This document shows positions 63,227 through 64,000 of a DNA stretch of 64,000 nt, one piece after another. Every line of letters starts with the position of its first letter. The first letter of the stretch is position 1. This stretch comes from an uncultured bacterium (GTDB taxonomy: Bacteria > Actinomycetota > Acidimicrobiia > Spongiisociales > UBA5794). The DNA is taken from contig CAWDDT010000011.1 of the NCBI GenBank assembly GCA_963801165.1, positions 416,001-480,000 of the forward strand, in the 5' to 3' direction. Under the pieces are notes generated by a model. The model was not told the origin of the DNA and searched no databases. It saw only the letters and a program-made list of their open reading frames with translations. Both the position numbers and the translations under genes were made by a program.

Positions 63227-64000
63227 TGGTGCGGCTCGGCCTACGCCTGACGCTCCGGAGTGGTCGTGAGGGCCTCGTCCGGCTTGTACTCACCGCCGTC
63301 GCGGTGGCCATCGGCGTGGCCGTCCTCCTTGCCGCGCTAGCAGAATTTCACGCCTTTCAGGCGACGAGCGGTCGGCCTTGCTGGGAATGCACGGAGGCGG
63401 CGAGGGGCACCTCCGATTCCACCCTGCTGTTGTGGAACTTCAGCGAGAACATATACCAGGGCAAGTTCATCGAAGAGCTCGATCTCGCCGCTTTGGGACC
63501 GGATGCGTCGCTTCCGCCTGGCCTGTCCCGGTTGCCTCGAGCCGGGGAGTACTACGCCTCTCCGGCTCTGGCCGAGCTGCTCGACACGGTGCCGAGCGAC
63601 CAGCTGGGCGATCGCTTCCCCGGCACGCGGGTCGGCCTAATCGGTGATCAAGCGCTGTCGGGCCCGGGCGCCCTGGTGATCATGATCGGGTACACACCGG
63701 ACGTGCTGACGGCTCGGCCGAGCACCATCCGGGTAGACCACATCGCTACCGCTCCGCAGACTCAGGGGACAACCAACCTGTACCGGATCGCGTTCGGGCT
63801 CGGCGCGATCGCGATCCTATTTCCCATCCTGATCCTCATCGGGACCGCCACGAGGCTGGCGGCGGCGCGGCGTGAGGAGCGGTACGCGGCAATGCGGCTA
63901 GTGGGTGCCACGCCCCGGCAGATCAATGTCATAGCCTCGGCGGACGCGGCCGTAAGCGCATTCGCAGGCACGATCCTCGGCATTTCGCTGTTCCAGAGCC
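63223..64000 (+). CDS. FtsX-like ABC permease (partial, runs off window)
   Basis: MVRLGLRLTLRSGREGLVRLVLTAVAVAIGV.. and RREERYAAMRLVGATPRQI. Confidence 0.85.
   Translation, partial: MMVRLGLRLTLRSGREGLVRLVLTAVAVAIGVAVLLAALAEFHAFQATSGRPCWECTEAARGTSDSTLLLWNFSENIYQGKFIEELDLAALGPDASLPPGLSRLPRAGEYYASPALAELLDTVPSDQLGDRFPGTRVGLIGDQALSGPGALVIMIGYTPDVLTARPSTIRVDHIATAPQTQGTTNLYRIAFGLGAIAILFPILILIGTATRLAAARREERYAAMRLVGATPRQINVIASADAAVSAFAGTILGISLFQS

Overview
High-GC window, probably from a flagellated actinobacterium. Acidimicrobiia-like is an inference from the GCNPP-type SLH protein and the actinobacterial FlgN/FliA. About 45 kb is a flagellar and chemotaxis supercluster: fliD, four flagellins, fliA, flgE, flgN/K/L, fliW-csrA, flhA/B, fliO-R, motAB, flgD, fliE-K, flgBC, cheCD, fliM/Y and cheY/W/B/R/A. 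Nearly every flagellar transcription unit is preceded by a sigma28-type promoter (TTNN-N15-GCCGACNN), and the flagellin leaders carry CsrA sites. An ~11 kb opposite-strand catabolic operon sits between fliR and flhB: barbiturase, DUF2877/FdrA/DUF1116 (AllH/F/G-like), a three-subunit molybdenum hydroxylase, a GNAT-like protein, a thiolase lacking its catalytic Cys, and DUF35. This is the best candidate for an undescribed system: an oxidative pyrimidine degradation route with a carbamoyltransferase/CoA-linked lower pathway in place of ureidomalonase. Other notable items are a MurI-macrodomain fusion, a 511-bp inverted repeat spanning ~56 kb between two flagellins, several catalytically degenerate c-di-GMP proteins plus ComFB, and a few single-lesion frameshift or nonsense genes. 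All assignments come from motif recognition by eye; no searches were run.
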